A stretch of DNA of 64,000 nucleotides from Chthoniobacteraceae bacterium (GCA_031409335.1 JANNWY010000186.1:1-64000); one strand, 5' to 3'; counted from the first letter of the stretch, positions 1 through 11,933 are shown. Translations and numbers: made by a program. The notes: generated by a model from the sequence alone, not told the origin.

Positions 1-49
1 CGTGGGAGAAAGGCATGGGAGGAAGCTTAAGCGGAAGAGGAAGAAGCCT

Positions 50-1384
50 TCACGAGTAGCGGGCATTTTGGTGCTGCGGCAAAAAGAACGCGTGCAGGAT
101 CACGTCGATCTTCAGCAGCGCGGAGCGGTCGAGGACGAGCCAGTCGCCGTGCTCGGTGAGCAGGCCGCGGCGTTTGAGTTCGGTGAATTGCGCGTCGAAT
201 TGCTGGTCGATGTTCGCCCCGAATTTCTGCGCGAAATAACTGCGGCTCACGCGCCCAAGTTTGAGCTGCAAAATCAGCTCGCGGATCATCCGCTCCTGCG
301 CCGTCGTTTCCAGCGCGCGACCGATCGGCAATTCACCCGCGCGCACCGCCGCCGTGTAGCTTTCAAAATCGGGAAGGTTCTGAAAATGCACGCCACCGAC
401 GTGGCTGAAACTCGCGACGCCGAGCCCGAGCAAATCCGCGCCTTTCCACAGCTCATCGCGATACACGAACTTCGTTTTTTCCGGATCGCGCACTGCCGTC
501 GTCGCGCTCGTCACCGTGTAGCCATTCGCCTCCAGTGCCTTGAACGCCTCGTTCACCCAGCGCCGTTTCGTGGGCCATGTCGCGACCGGCGCGACGAGTT
601 TCCCCTCGGCCTTCATCTGCTGGAAGATGCCCGTGTTGTAGGGCACTTCCATTTGGTAAATCGTCACGCTGTCCGGCTGCAATTCGATCGTCTTCGCGAT
701 GTTGCGCTGCCAGTTTTCATCCGTCTCCTCGACCATGCCGGCGATGAGGTCGATGTTGATTTGCGGATAACCGACCGACCGCGCGAACGAGTAGGCGCGA
801 TAGATTTCATCCTCTTTGTGCGCGCGTCCGTTGATCTCGAGGATGTGCTTGTCAAAGTTTTCCACGCCCAGCGAAAGCCGCGTGATGCCGATCTCGCGGA
901 TCGCGCTCAGCTTCGCCTCCGTCAGCGTCCCCGGCTCCGCCTCGAACGCCACTTCCTCCACCTCATCCCACGGCAGCAGCGACTTCATGCGATCCGTCAG
1001 CGCCTTGAGTTGCGCGACGGACAGATAGCTCGGCGTGCCCCCGCCGAAATACACAAATTTCGGCCTCCGCCCCGCGATCCGCGGCGTGCGCGCATACATT
1101 TCCATCTCCGTCATCCCGCTCTCGATGTAGCCCTTGATGTCGTCCGCATTCTTATCCGTATAAACGCGGAAATAGCAGAAGTGGCAGCGCTTCCGGCAAA
1201 ACGGAATGTGGAAATACACCCCGAGCGGCGTCCCCTCCGGCGCGGGCGACGCGAGCGCCCGCTGCACATCGGAAGCGCGTTCTTTTTGCCAGAAAGAAAA
1301 CGGCGGATAATTCGCCACGAAATAATTGCCCGCGGTGGTCTCGTCGCTCTCGGCAAGGAGTTGATCGAAGAGTTCGGCGGTCAT
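50..1384 (-). CDS. HemN/HemW-like radical SAM protein (non-canonical coproporphyrinogen III oxidase family)
   Basis: YFHIPFCRKRCHFCYF (CxxxCxxC), YFGGGTPS, RLSLGVENF, NIDLIAG; its ATG overlaps the stop of the upstream gene (ATGA). Confidence 0.85.
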   Translation of the reverse strand: MTAELFDQLLAESDETTAGNYFVANYPPFSFWQKERASDVQRALASPAPEGTPLGVYFHIPFCRKRCHFCYFRVYTDKNADDIKGYIESGMTEMEMYARTPRIAGRRPKFVYFGGGTPSYLSVAQLKALTDRMKSLLPWDEVEEVAFEAEPGTLTEAKLSAIREIGITRLSLGVENFDKHILEINGRAHKEDEIYRAYSFARSVGYPQINIDLIAGMVEETDENWQRNIAKTIELQPDSVTIYQMEVPYNTGIFQQMKAEGKLVAPVATWPTKRRWVNEAFKALEANGYTVTSATTAVRDPEKTKFVYRDELWKGADLLGLGVASFSHVGGVHFQNLPDFESYTAAVRAGELPIGRALETTAQERMIRELILQLKLGRVSRSYFAQKFGANIDQQFDAQFTELKRRGLLTEHGDWLVLDRSALLKIDVILHAFFLPQHQNARYS

Positions 1385-2649
1385 GGTTTCGCGGCTGCGG
1401 TTATTGGATCAAGGGTGCCGATGGCGAAGAGGTTTCCGTCTTCCGCGCCGACGACGATCACGCCATCGCTCGCGGCGGGCGAGGCGGTGACGGGGGCGCC
1501 GATCTCGAAGTTCCATCGCTCTTTGCCGTCCGCGAGCGTGATGCAGTAGAGCCGTCCATCGCCCGAGCCGACGACGAGCGCGTCGCCGCAGACGACCGGT
1601 GAGCTTTCGACTTCGCCGCGGGTTTGGAAGGTCCACACGCTTTTGCCGCTTGGGCGGTCGATGCAGTGCAGGCGTTTGTCGCGAGAGCCGAGGAAGACGC
1701 GGTCGGCAGTGACTGCGGCGGAGGAGAAATACGGAAAGTTGCGGTCGCGATATTTCCACAACACGGAGCCCGCTTTCGGATCGATCGCGAGGACTATGTT
1801 GCCATAATTGCCGACGTAGCCGATGCCATCGGCGATGGCGACGGAGGACGCGATGTAGGCGTCGGATTCGATCTGGCGCAGCTCTTTGCCATCGGCAAGC
1901 GCGAGGACATGGATGAAGGAATCGCACCCGCCGAAAAGCACTTCGCCCGTCGGTAGCAGCGCGGGCGTGCCGTTGATGTAGTTATCCGTCTGGTGGGTCC
2001 ACACCGCTTTGCCGGTCGCGGCGTCGATGCAGTGGAGATTCGAGTCGTAGCTGCCGATGAGCAGCCAGGTCGCTTTGCCGTCGGGCGCTTTCGCGTGGTT
2101 CGCGCCGCCGAGGATTTTGTCGCCGGTTTCGTATTTCCACTTCAGCGCGCCGGTCGCGGCATCGAGCGCGTACAGATTGGCGTCGGAGGAGCCGAGGAAA
2201 ACGACGCCATCCAGCACGAGCGGCGTGGCTTCGATGGAGCCTTCGGTTTTGAATGTCCACGTCACTTTGCCTGTCGCGAGTTCGAGCGCGTGGACGGTGC
2301 CCGCATCGTCGCCGACAAAGACGCGCCCGCCCACGATCGCTGCACCAGCCTTGATCGGCTTGCCGAGGTTCGCGGACCAAAGCTGCACGGCTTTTGCGGG
2401 CGCAGGCATTTCCGCGATGCCGCGAAGCTGCGGGCCGCCGCGGTGCATGGGCCAGTCGGCGAAGGCGGAAGTCGCTAGAAGCGCGAATGCAAGAAGGGTG
2501 GAGCACTCGACCCGAGTGCCGTTCGCGGCGACCCGCCGCGAATACTTCGAGCGCGCCCACGGTCCGAATGCGCAATCCAGTGCTTTCGGCGGGTCGCCGA
2601 AAACGGCACCCCAGTCGAGTGCTCCACCCTTCGCATTTCCGCGCTTCAT
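1381..2649 (-). CDS. Secreted PQQ-like (BamB-type) beta-propeller repeat protein, with an in-frame palindrome in the signal peptide
   Basis: DWPMHRGG N-terminal motif, repeated xSSP..GS.D..L.CID..TGK..W.F blades, h-region LLAFALLATSAFA; ATG overlaps the ADH stop. Confidence 0.85.
   Translation of the reverse strand: MKRGNAKGGALDWGAVFGDPPKALDCAFGPWARSKYSRRVAANGTRVECSTLLAFALLATSAFADWPMHRGGPQLRGIAEMPAPAKAVQLWSANLGKPIKAGAAIVGGRVFVGDDAGTVHALELATGKVTWTFKTEGSIEATPLVLDGVVFLGSSDANLYALDAATGALKWKYETGDKILGGANHAKAPDGKATWLLIGSYDSNLHCIDAATGKAVWTHQTDNYINGTPALLPTGEVLFGGCDSFIHVLALADGKELRQIESDAYIASSVAIADGIGYVGNYGNIVLAIDPKAGSVLWKYRDRNFPYFSSAAVTADRVFLGSRDKRLHCIDRPSGKSVWTFQTRGEVESSPVVCGDALVVGSGDGRLYCITLADGKERWNFEIGAPVTASPAASDGVIVVGAEDGNLFAIGTLDPITAAAKP
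2493..2632. repeat. REP-doublet-like palindromic element inside a CDS
   Basis: Perfect 19-bp terminal inverted repeat gaagggtggagcactcgac (2493-2511) / gtcgagtgctccacccttc (2614-2632); inner 13-bp IR 2526-2538 / 2587-2599; each arm has its own hairpin. Confidence 0.85.
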
Positions 2650-3788
2650 CCGAGCACCTCCGCGTAAAGTTCCTCGAAATCCTTCGCGTCGATTCTGCGC
2701 GGGTTAAAACTCGCGGTCCATTGCTTCGCGGCTTCGGCAGCGAGCATCGGAAACGCGCTGTGGTTGATTTTGAGCTTGGCGATGCCTTCACGCATTCGCG
2801 CGGCTTCGAGGATCGTGTCCAGTTCACCAATCAAATCGTCGATGCTTTCGAGCCCGGCGATCATTGCGAGTTCCAGGTAATGGTTGTGCGCTTCGGGATC
2901 GCGCGCATTGAAGGCGATCACGGCTGGGAGCATGAGTCCGACGGCCTGGCCGTGGACGATGTCGTAGTGCGCGGTCAGCGGATTCGCGGCGGAGTGCGCG
3001 GCGCCGAGCATTGAGTTTTCGATCGCCATTCCGGCGAAAGCCGCGCCGAGCTGCATGCGGCTGCGCGCGGCGAGATCGCGCGGGTCTTCCAGCACACTTT
3101 CCAGCGCGCAGAAACACAGCCGGAATGCCTCCCGCGAATACATCGCCGAGAGCGGATTCCGCTTCTTCGTCACCGCCGTCTCGAAGGCGTGCGCGATGGC
3201 GTCGATGCCGGTGCAGGCAGTAACGCGCGGAGGCTGCGAGACGGTGAGCAGCGGATCGAGAATCGCGACCGCCGCCGCCGCTTTCCCATCTCCACACGCC
3301 ATCTTTTGATGCGTCGTCTCATCCGAAATCAGCGCGAACGACTGGCACTCGCTGCCCGTGCCCGCCGTCGTCGGGATCGCGATCAGCGGCAGCATCGGCT
3401 TGGTCGCTTTACCCACGCCCCAGTAGTCCTGCATTCGCCCGCCGTTCGTCAGGATGAAGTTGGCGCCCTTCGCCGTGTCCATGCTGCTTCCCCCGCCGAG
3501 GCCGACGATGAAATCCACGCTCGCCGCGCGCGCGATTTCCGTGCAGCGATCCACGTCTAGCGTGGTCGGATTCTCGCGTACTTCGTCGAAAATGGTGACT
3601 TGCAAACCAGCGGTTTCCAGGAACGAAATGGCGCGCGCCGGATGCCCCGCCGCGGCGAGCCCTTTGTCGGTGACGAGCAGCACCCGCTTGCCGCCGAGTT
3701 CACGCGCCAGTTCACCGACGCGTTCCAGAGAATCGGCCCCGAAGACGATCCGCGTGCGGGGTTGATGATCGAAGCCGGTCGAATGCAT
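2646..3788 (-). CDS. Iron-containing alcohol dehydrogenase
   Basis: GLGGGSSMDTAK, IPTTAGTGSE, DAIAHAFE, AHSAANPL..HGQAV metal ligands; ATG 3788 chosen (TTG 3815 possible). Confidence 0.93.
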   Translation of the reverse strand: MHSTGFDHQPRTRIVFGADSLERVGELARELGGKRVLLVTDKGLAAAGHPARAISFLETAGLQVTIFDEVRENPTTLDVDRCTEIARAASVDFIVGLGGGSSMDTAKGANFILTNGGRMQDYWGVGKATKPMLPLIAIPTTAGTGSECQSFALISDETTHQKMACGDGKAAAAVAILDPLLTVSQPPRVTACTGIDAIAHAFETAVTKKRNPLSAMYSREAFRLCFCALESVLEDPRDLAARSRMQLGAAFAGMAIENSMLGAAHSAANPLTAHYDIVHGQAVGLMLPAVIAFNARDPEAHNHYLELAMIAGLESIDDLIGELDTILEAARMREGIAKLKINHSAFPMLAAEAAKQWTASFNPRRIDAKDFEELYAEVLG

Positions 3789-3819
3789 CACAGCCGGGTC
3801 AGGTCGGTTTCGCAAACGA

Positions 3820-5253
3820 TCACGCGGCGCGCTCGATCGAGCGGCGTTTGTAGAGAAACTCGAACATGTTGCCCTCGTGCGGCTGATCCCACGAAATTTT
3901 CATCGTGGAAATCGGGCCGAGATTGAGCCGCTCGATCAGCGGCGAATCGAGCAGTTGTCCGGTGAAAGTGGGATCGTTCGTGATCGCGGTGACGACGAGC
4001 GTCGGGCCGATCTTTGCGAGCACATCCTTTTGCGGAACTTCGACGACGCTCGCGTATGGGCAGAGGTATTCCTTGTTCGCGAGCGGGTGCTCGAACGAAT
4101 CGCAATGCACGATCGTCGCCCGCAAATACACGCCGCCTTCAAACTCCACCTTGCGCGGCCCACCGCGATACTTCGCCGTCACGTCCGTCGCGCCCGGCGT
4201 TTGCAGGCCGTCCTCGATCGCCTTGTCGATGAATTCCGCCATCTTCGGATTCGCGAAGCCGGAGAGCTTCGCGTTTTCATCCGAAGGAGCCAGCGGCACG
4301 ACCGGGCCAAGTTTCCGCGCCAGCGCGTCAGCGATTTCCGCGGCGTGGCGCGGCACCACGACCGCGCTCGCGTTCACGCAGGAACGTCCACCATTGTCCG
4401 CGATCGACGCGGCGATGATGTCGATGAAATCCGGCCAGCGGTCGATCTCATCCTCGCCGATCACGATCTTGCTGAAGCCGGGGCCGTGGACGGAAAATTT
4501 CGGGTTGTCGCGGTACTGCGCGACCGTGTTGGCATCGCCAAAGATCAGCGCGCGCCCGCACAGTTTCATCACCTCGCCAGAGCCCTCGTGATCAGTCGGG
4601 TAAAAGCCAAATGCCTCGGGCGGCGCGCCTGCCGCGATGAATGCCTGGATCAAACGGAACGGCGTCCACGGCTCCTCGCGGCCCGGCTTGATGACGACCG
4701 GCGTTTTCAGCGCGATCGCCGGCAGCCACAGCGAATTCACCGCCGGTGAATTGCTCGGCATCACCAGCCCGAGCGCATTCGTGGTCGGGTAATAACTCAC
4801 GCCGCAGCCCGCCTGCTCGCCGTAACCGCGGTCGATGACCTCCATCGGCAGCCCGCGCGAAAGCCCGTTAAGCACCGTCCGCACATTCGTCAGCGCGTGA
4901 TAAATCTTCGCCATGTTCCGCCGCACCATGATGTGCGGCAGCCCGCTCGTGGCGCTCAGCGTTTCCACATAGTCTTGCGGCGACTGCGTGTGCCCCTTGT
5001 CGCCGAGCTGCAGCGTGCCATTCAGGAAAAACTCACCCGCTTTCCCGGAGATCGCGATCAGCTCGGCAACCGTGAACTTTTTCAGCGCCGCGCGCGCCTC
5101 GCCGATCCGGCCGAGATCCTTGCGGATGATGCCCGCATTCACCTGGCTGACGACGGCCATCGGCTGGCCGGTGCGGTGATTGATCACCTCCGTCTTGTCG
5201 ATACTTTCGTAGGCTTTGCCACGGCGGAGAGCGGGTAGATGCGGAAGAGTCAT
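3820..5253 (-). CDS. Aldehyde dehydrogenase superfamily protein, LuxC/acyl-CoA reductase-like
   Basis: MPSNSP, VIKPG, LIFGD, HGPGFSK in place of ELGGK, catalytic Cys in NGGRSCVNAS. Confidence 0.8.
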   Translation of the reverse strand: MTLPHLPALRRGKAYESIDKTEVINHRTGQPMAVVSQVNAGIIRKDLGRIGEARAALKKFTVAELIAISGKAGEFFLNGTLQLGDKGHTQSPQDYVETLSATSGLPHIMVRRNMAKIYHALTNVRTVLNGLSRGLPMEVIDRGYGEQAGCGVSYYPTTNALGLVMPSNSPAVNSLWLPAIALKTPVVIKPGREEPWTPFRLIQAFIAAGAPPEAFGFYPTDHEGSGEVMKLCGRALIFGDANTVAQYRDNPKFSVHGPGFSKIVIGEDEIDRWPDFIDIIAASIADNGGRSCVNASAVVVPRHAAEIADALARKLGPVVPLAPSDENAKLSGFANPKMAEFIDKAIEDGLQTPGATDVTAKYRGGPRKVEFEGGVYLRATIVHCDSFEHPLANKEYLCPYASVVEVPQKDVLAKIGPTLVVTAITNDPTFTGQLLDSPLIERLNLGPISTMKISWDQPHEGNMFEFLYKRRSIERAA

Positions 5254-5357
5254 GGTTTCAAGCGAAGTCGCATTTCATACGTCTGCGTATTAAATTCGGC
5301 AACGGCTTTTTTCTTTGGACCATGATGCAATTTCGCGCCTTCCCAGGTGTTTTCCGC

Positions 5358-7883
<2,526 letters not shown>

Positions 7884-7932
7884 TTCAACACCCTCCACAA
7901 ATACCTCCCCGTGTAACTCCGTTCCACTTTCG

Positions 7933-9144
7933 CTACAGCCGCTCGCGTCCGATGTCGTGCAGCTCGAAGATGCGGATGATGGTTTCCTCGATCAAATTGT
8001 TCGGGCAGCTCGCGCCGGCGGTGATGCCGATGGTGAGCGGGCGATCCGGCAGCCAGCCGCCGCTGGCGACTTCGCGCTTGGCGTGGGAATCGTAATGCAC
8101 GATGCGGGCGCGCGATTCCAGGCGGCTGGCGTTGCGGATGAAATACGTGGGCAGTTTCGCCTCGCCCATTTCGGCAAGGTGCGAGGTGTTCGAGCTGTTG
8201 TAGCCGCCGATGACGAGCAGCAAATCCATCGGCGCGACGAGCATGTCGCGAAGCGCATCCTGCCGCTCCTGCGTGGCTCCGCAGATGGTGTCGAAAAAGC
8301 GAAAGCTCTCGCGGGCGCGTTCGGCTCCGTCGCGTTCTTTGATCGCGGCCTCGACGCGGCGCTGCACTTCTTCGGTTTCGCCGCGCATCATCGTGGTCTG
8401 ATTTGCCACGCCGACGCGGCGCAGGTGCAGGTCGGGATCGAAACCTTCGCTGTATGCACCGGCGAATTTTTCCAGAAACTCCGCCTTTTCCCCGCCGAGG
8501 CGGATGTAGCGACAGACGTAATCCGTGTCTGCGAGCGTGAGCACGACGAGGTAGTGGCCCTTGCCGTTTTGCACGGCGCGCGAGGCGGTCGCCTTGGTTT
8601 CTTCGTGCGATGCTTTGCCGTGGATGATCGAGGTCACGTCGTCATTGGCATTTTGCCGCACGCGCTTCCACACGCTCATCACGTCGCCGCAAGTCGTGTC
8701 CACGATCTGGCAGCCTTTTTCCTTGATGCGCGCAAGCGTCTTTACGTCCGTGCCGAATGCAGGCACGATCACCACATCCTCCGCCATGAGGTCGCGCACC
8801 TCGGCTTCCTTGTCCTTGCCGAGCAGATTCTTGATGCCTAGCGAGACGATCTGCTCGTTCACCTCGGGATTGTGAATGATCTCGCCAAGGATGAAGAGCC
8901 GCCGCCCTTCAAAAACCTTCGCCGCCGCATAGGCGAGGTCGATGGCGCGCTCGACGCCGTAGCAAAAGCCGAACTGTTTCGCGAGCCGCACCGTGACGCC
9001 GTCGATGGAAAGCGTGCCGCCGCTGGCGCGCAGCTTTTCGACGATCTCGCTGCGGTAGTGCGATTCGACTTGCGCCTGCACGGCGGCCATCACGTCGGGA
9101 GTGCGGAGATTCACGCGGGGTGTGGCTGCGGCTGGAGTAGTCAT
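7933..9144 (-). CDS. ispH: 4-hydroxy-3-methylbut-2-enyl diphosphate reductase
   Basis: FGFCYGVERA, IIHN, DTTC, NQTT, DTICGATQERQ, SSNTSHL, AGASCP. Confidence 0.96.
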   Translation of the reverse strand: MTTPAAATPRVNLRTPDVMAAVQAQVESHYRSEIVEKLRASGGTLSIDGVTVRLAKQFGFCYGVERAIDLAYAAAKVFEGRRLFILGEIIHNPEVNEQIVSLGIKNLLGKDKEAEVRDLMAEDVVIVPAFGTDVKTLARIKEKGCQIVDTTCGDVMSVWKRVRQNANDDVTSIIHGKASHEETKATASRAVQNGKGHYLVVLTLADTDYVCRYIRLGGEKAEFLEKFAGAYSEGFDPDLHLRRVGVANQTTMMRGETEEVQRRVEAAIKERDGAERARESFRFFDTICGATQERQDALRDMLVAPMDLLLVIGGYNSSNTSHLAEMGEAKLPTYFIRNASRLESRARIVHYDSHAKREVASGGWLPDRPLTIGITAGASCPNNLIEETIIRIFELHDIGRERL

Positions 9145-9231
9145 GGCATGGAAACTATGCGGTCGCTGAGCTGCATTTTCCAGCAGTCAGCGACCGGCAT
9201 GTTAAAATAATGTGCGGTGAGCGGCTCGGCG

Positions 9232-9822
9232 TTACAGGAGCAGCGGGCCGGCGGGGTCTTTGAACCACGCGGGCGAGTTCATGAAGGAGCGCGGTGGATC
9301 GGGGTCGCGCGATTGATCGAGGGCGCGGACCGAGCGGCCATGCTTCGCGTCTTCCGGCTGCGACGATGCGATGCTAACAGGCGTGCCGAGCTGCACCAGC
9401 GCGTAGAAACGGGCGGCGGCTTCGCGATGCATCCGGATGCAGCCGTGGGTGCGCGGGCGCGGGTGGACGAAGCCCTCGTGGAAGCCATAAGCCGGCTTCC
9501 ATGCACACCAGTAAGCCATCGGGTAACCGGCATCGGGCTGGCTAATGCGGCGTTTGGTTTTGATCTTCTCCATGATGCGATAGCTGCCCGATCCGGTGGC
9601 GCCACTGGCACCGACGCAGCCTTGCACCGCCATCAGCATCCGGTCGCCTTCCATCACATAGACGTTTTGCGTGGAGGTGGAAACTTTCACGCGCACATTG
9701 CCGGGATTGTTCGGTTTGTAGGCAGTGGCTTTGTAGGAGCCCATGGAGCGACCGCCGCCGGACGCGCAACCGGAGAACAGCGCCGCGATCGCGGTGAGAG
9801 TAAGGATGAGGAGTGGTTTCAT
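9232..9822 (-). CDS. L,D-transpeptidase (YkuD family) lipoprotein
   Basis: Lipobox LFSGC; YGFHEG...THGCIRM catalytic motif. Confidence 0.85.
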   Translation of the reverse strand: MKPLLILTLTAIAALFSGCASGGGRSMGSYKATAYKPNNPGNVRVKVSTSTQNVYVMEGDRMLMAVQGCVGASGATGSGSYRIMEKIKTKRRISQPDAGYPMAYWCAWKPAYGFHEGFVHPRPRTHGCIRMHREAAARFYALVQLGTPVSIASSQPEDAKHGRSVRALDQSRDPDPPRSFMNSPAWFKDPAGPLLL

Positions 9823-9856
9823 GCGGCGCTATGGAAAGACGCGCGAGCGCGCTTTG

Positions 9857-10822
9857 TCAATTGGTCATCGTGCTCTTCAGCAGCTTCTCAAATTTCGCCG
9901 ATGCGTTCGCGTAGCTGGGGTAAGCGCGTTGGTTTTCGCGCGGGCGGAAGCGGAAATGTTTGTAAGGCCACAGCCACAGCTCCGGTCGCGCGCGGAGGAT
10001 CGGCTCGAACGCATCCCAGCACTGCTGCGCGATCGCGGCGATGCTCGCGCCATCGGAAATCTCCAGCGCGGGATGCGCGATGATGCGGCAGGTGCCGTCG
10101 GCCTGCGGCTGCGTCTCGACCGGCACGAGCAGCGCGTTCGCCCGCTGCGCCAGCACTCCGTGCAAAAGCGGGACGCACATTTTCATCCCAAAGCCCTCGA
10201 TCACCGTCGCGGCCTGCGCGGGCGGGAGATTCAGGTCGATGAGCATTCCGGTGGTGCCGCCGCGTTTCGCGATCTTCAGGAGGCGCAGAATCGAGTTTTC
10301 CTGCGCGACGATTCTTTGCCCGGAGATTTCGCGGAGCCGCTGGAAGATCGCAGTGAGTCGCGGATTTTTGAAATTCTCCGCGACGACCGTGTTGCCAAAC
10401 CCGAGGAAGCCGCACGCGAGACTGGCCCATTCCCAGTTCCCCTGATGCACGCACATGAAGATCGCGCCGCGCTTTTCGCGATCGAGCCGCGCACGGAGTT
10501 CGTCGAAACCCTCGACCTTCATGCAGTCGCGAAAATTCGCCGGACTCAGCGCACCCGCCCAGAACAGGTCGAGCATCGTGCGGAGGAAATTTTGGTAGGA
10601 CGCGCGCGCCATCGCGATTCGCTGCCCGCGGGAAAAGCGCGCGCCAAATGCGCATTCGATATTTCCCAGCGCCACCGCGCGACCGCGTCGATCCACGAGA
10701 AATGCCAGCGCGCCGAGCCCATTCCCCAGCCGCACGCACACCTCCCGCGAAAGCCGTGGCAACCAGCGCGCGAGGAATGCGCAGCCCCATTCTTCGAGGC
10801 GATGGCGGAGGCGCTTCGGCAT
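9857..10822 (-). CDS. Lipid A acyltransferase (LpxL/HtrB family)
   Basis: HQGNWE motif and C-terminal PELWLWPYKHFR. Confidence 0.88.
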   Translation of the reverse strand: MPKRLRHRLEEWGCAFLARWLPRLSREVCVRLGNGLGALAFLVDRRGRAVALGNIECAFGARFSRGQRIAMARASYQNFLRTMLDLFWAGALSPANFRDCMKVEGFDELRARLDREKRGAIFMCVHQGNWEWASLACGFLGFGNTVVAENFKNPRLTAIFQRLREISGQRIVAQENSILRLLKIAKRGGTTGMLIDLNLPPAQAATVIEGFGMKMCVPLLHGVLAQRANALLVPVETQPQADGTCRIIAHPALEISDGASIAAIAQQCWDAFEPILRARPELWLWPYKHFRFRPRENQRAYPSYANASAKFEKLLKSTMTN

Positions 10823-10905
10823 TTAGGAATTAGGAAATAGGAATTAGGATTTCGGAAGTCGCACCGGGGAGGTAAATCCTAAATCCTAATTCTTAAATCC
10901 CAAAT
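10821..10905. repeat. AT-rich inverted heptamer repeat (ATTTAGG/AATTAGG ... AAATCCT) filling a divergent intergenic region
   Basis: Arms 10821-10852 and 10874-10905 are complementary at 27 of 32 positions; they abut both ATGs. Confidence 0.85.
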
Positions 10906-10907
10906 CC

Positions 10908-11849
10908 ATGGAGACCGCTCATCTTCTCGACATCATCCGCTCGATCCTCGGCCAACCGACCGCGCCATTTCACGAGGACGCCGTGCGCGCGGAGATCTGC
11001 CAGCAGCTCGGGCAGTGTCCCCACGTCACGCTGGAAATCGACGACCATCAAAACCTCATCGCGCTTTACACCCGCGGCGAGGCCAGCCCGCGTTTCGCGT
11101 TTGCGGCGCACATGGATCATCCGGGATTTGTGGATGGAAAATTCCTGGGTGGCGTGCCGCCGGAGTATCTCGCACGCCGGCCGCCGACGCGCGATTTCGG
11201 GGCGTTCGCGATGTGGGATTTGCCCGCGTTCACGCTGGAGCACTCCCGGATTTACTCCCGCGCCTGCGACGATCTGATCGGCTGCGCGGCGATCGTGGCG
11301 ATGTTTCATGAACTCGAACGCACTGGCGCGGAAGCCTCGTGCTACGGACTTTTCACGCGTGCCGAGGAAGTCGGCCTGGTCGGCGCGACGCTGCTCGCGC
11401 AGTCGGGACGCATCCCGCGCGAAGTGACGGTGATCTCTTTGGAAACAAGCAGCGAACTCGGCGGTTCCGCGCGGATGGGCGCGGGCGTGGTGGTGCGCGT
11501 CGGCGATCGCACGACGGTCTTCGATGATGCCACGACGGCCATGCTCGCGCTGCTCGCGGTAAAAAATGAAATCCCGTTTCAACGCTGCCTGATGAGCGGC
11601 GGCACCTGCGAAGGCACCTCGTATCAACTTTACGGCTACCGCACTGGCGCGCTGTGCGTGACGCTGGGGAATTATCACAACTGCGGCCCCGACACGACGA
11701 TCGACTCCGAGTATGTCTCGCTCGCCGACGTGGAGGCGATGACGCGGCTGTGCGTCGCCGCAGCGAGCGCGGGTGAAGCCGTCGATCCGCACGCGGAGCT
11801 GCGCGGGAAGTTTGAGAAGGCCGTGGAGAAATACCGTCGGATGCTCTAA
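10908..11849 (+). CDS. M28/M42-family metallopeptidase
   Basis: AAHMDHPG, ACDDLIG, AEEVG, GGTCEG, NYHN metal-ligand motifs. Confidence 0.8.
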   Translation: METAHLLDIIRSILGQPTAPFHEDAVRAEICQQLGQCPHVTLEIDDHQNLIALYTRGEASPRFAFAAHMDHPGFVDGKFLGGVPPEYLARRPPTRDFGAFAMWDLPAFTLEHSRIYSRACDDLIGCAAIVAMFHELERTGAEASCYGLFTRAEEVGLVGATLLAQSGRIPREVTVISLETSSELGGSARMGAGVVVRVGDRTTVFDDATTAMLALLAVKNEIPFQRCLMSGGTCEGTSYQLYGYRTGALCVTLGNYHNCGPDTTIDSEYVSLADVEAMTRLCVAAASAGEAVDPHAELRGKFEKAVEKYRRML

Positions 11850-11851
11850 CC

Positions 11852-11933
11852 GCTCCTGCTCTTGCTCCTGATCCTGATCCCTCCGAAATCCGCAGTGAGG
11901 ACGGGTGGATCAAGAGCAAGAGCAGGATCAAGA
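11852..11933. repeat. Inverted hexamer repeat (GCTCCT/GATCCT ... AAGAGC/AGGATC) between convergent genes
   Basis: Arms 11852-11880 and 11907-11933; the right arm contains the recJ stop codon. Confidence 0.8.

Noticed and set aside
1..16. Possible start of the next operon gene (MPFSH, minus strand)
   Set aside because: Only five codons are visible, so it cannot be identified
5254..5357. AT-richer spacer reading AENTWEGAKLHHGPKKKAVAEFNTQTYEMRLRL, a possible gene remnant
   Set aside because: No start and no recognisable family; needs a TBLASTN search
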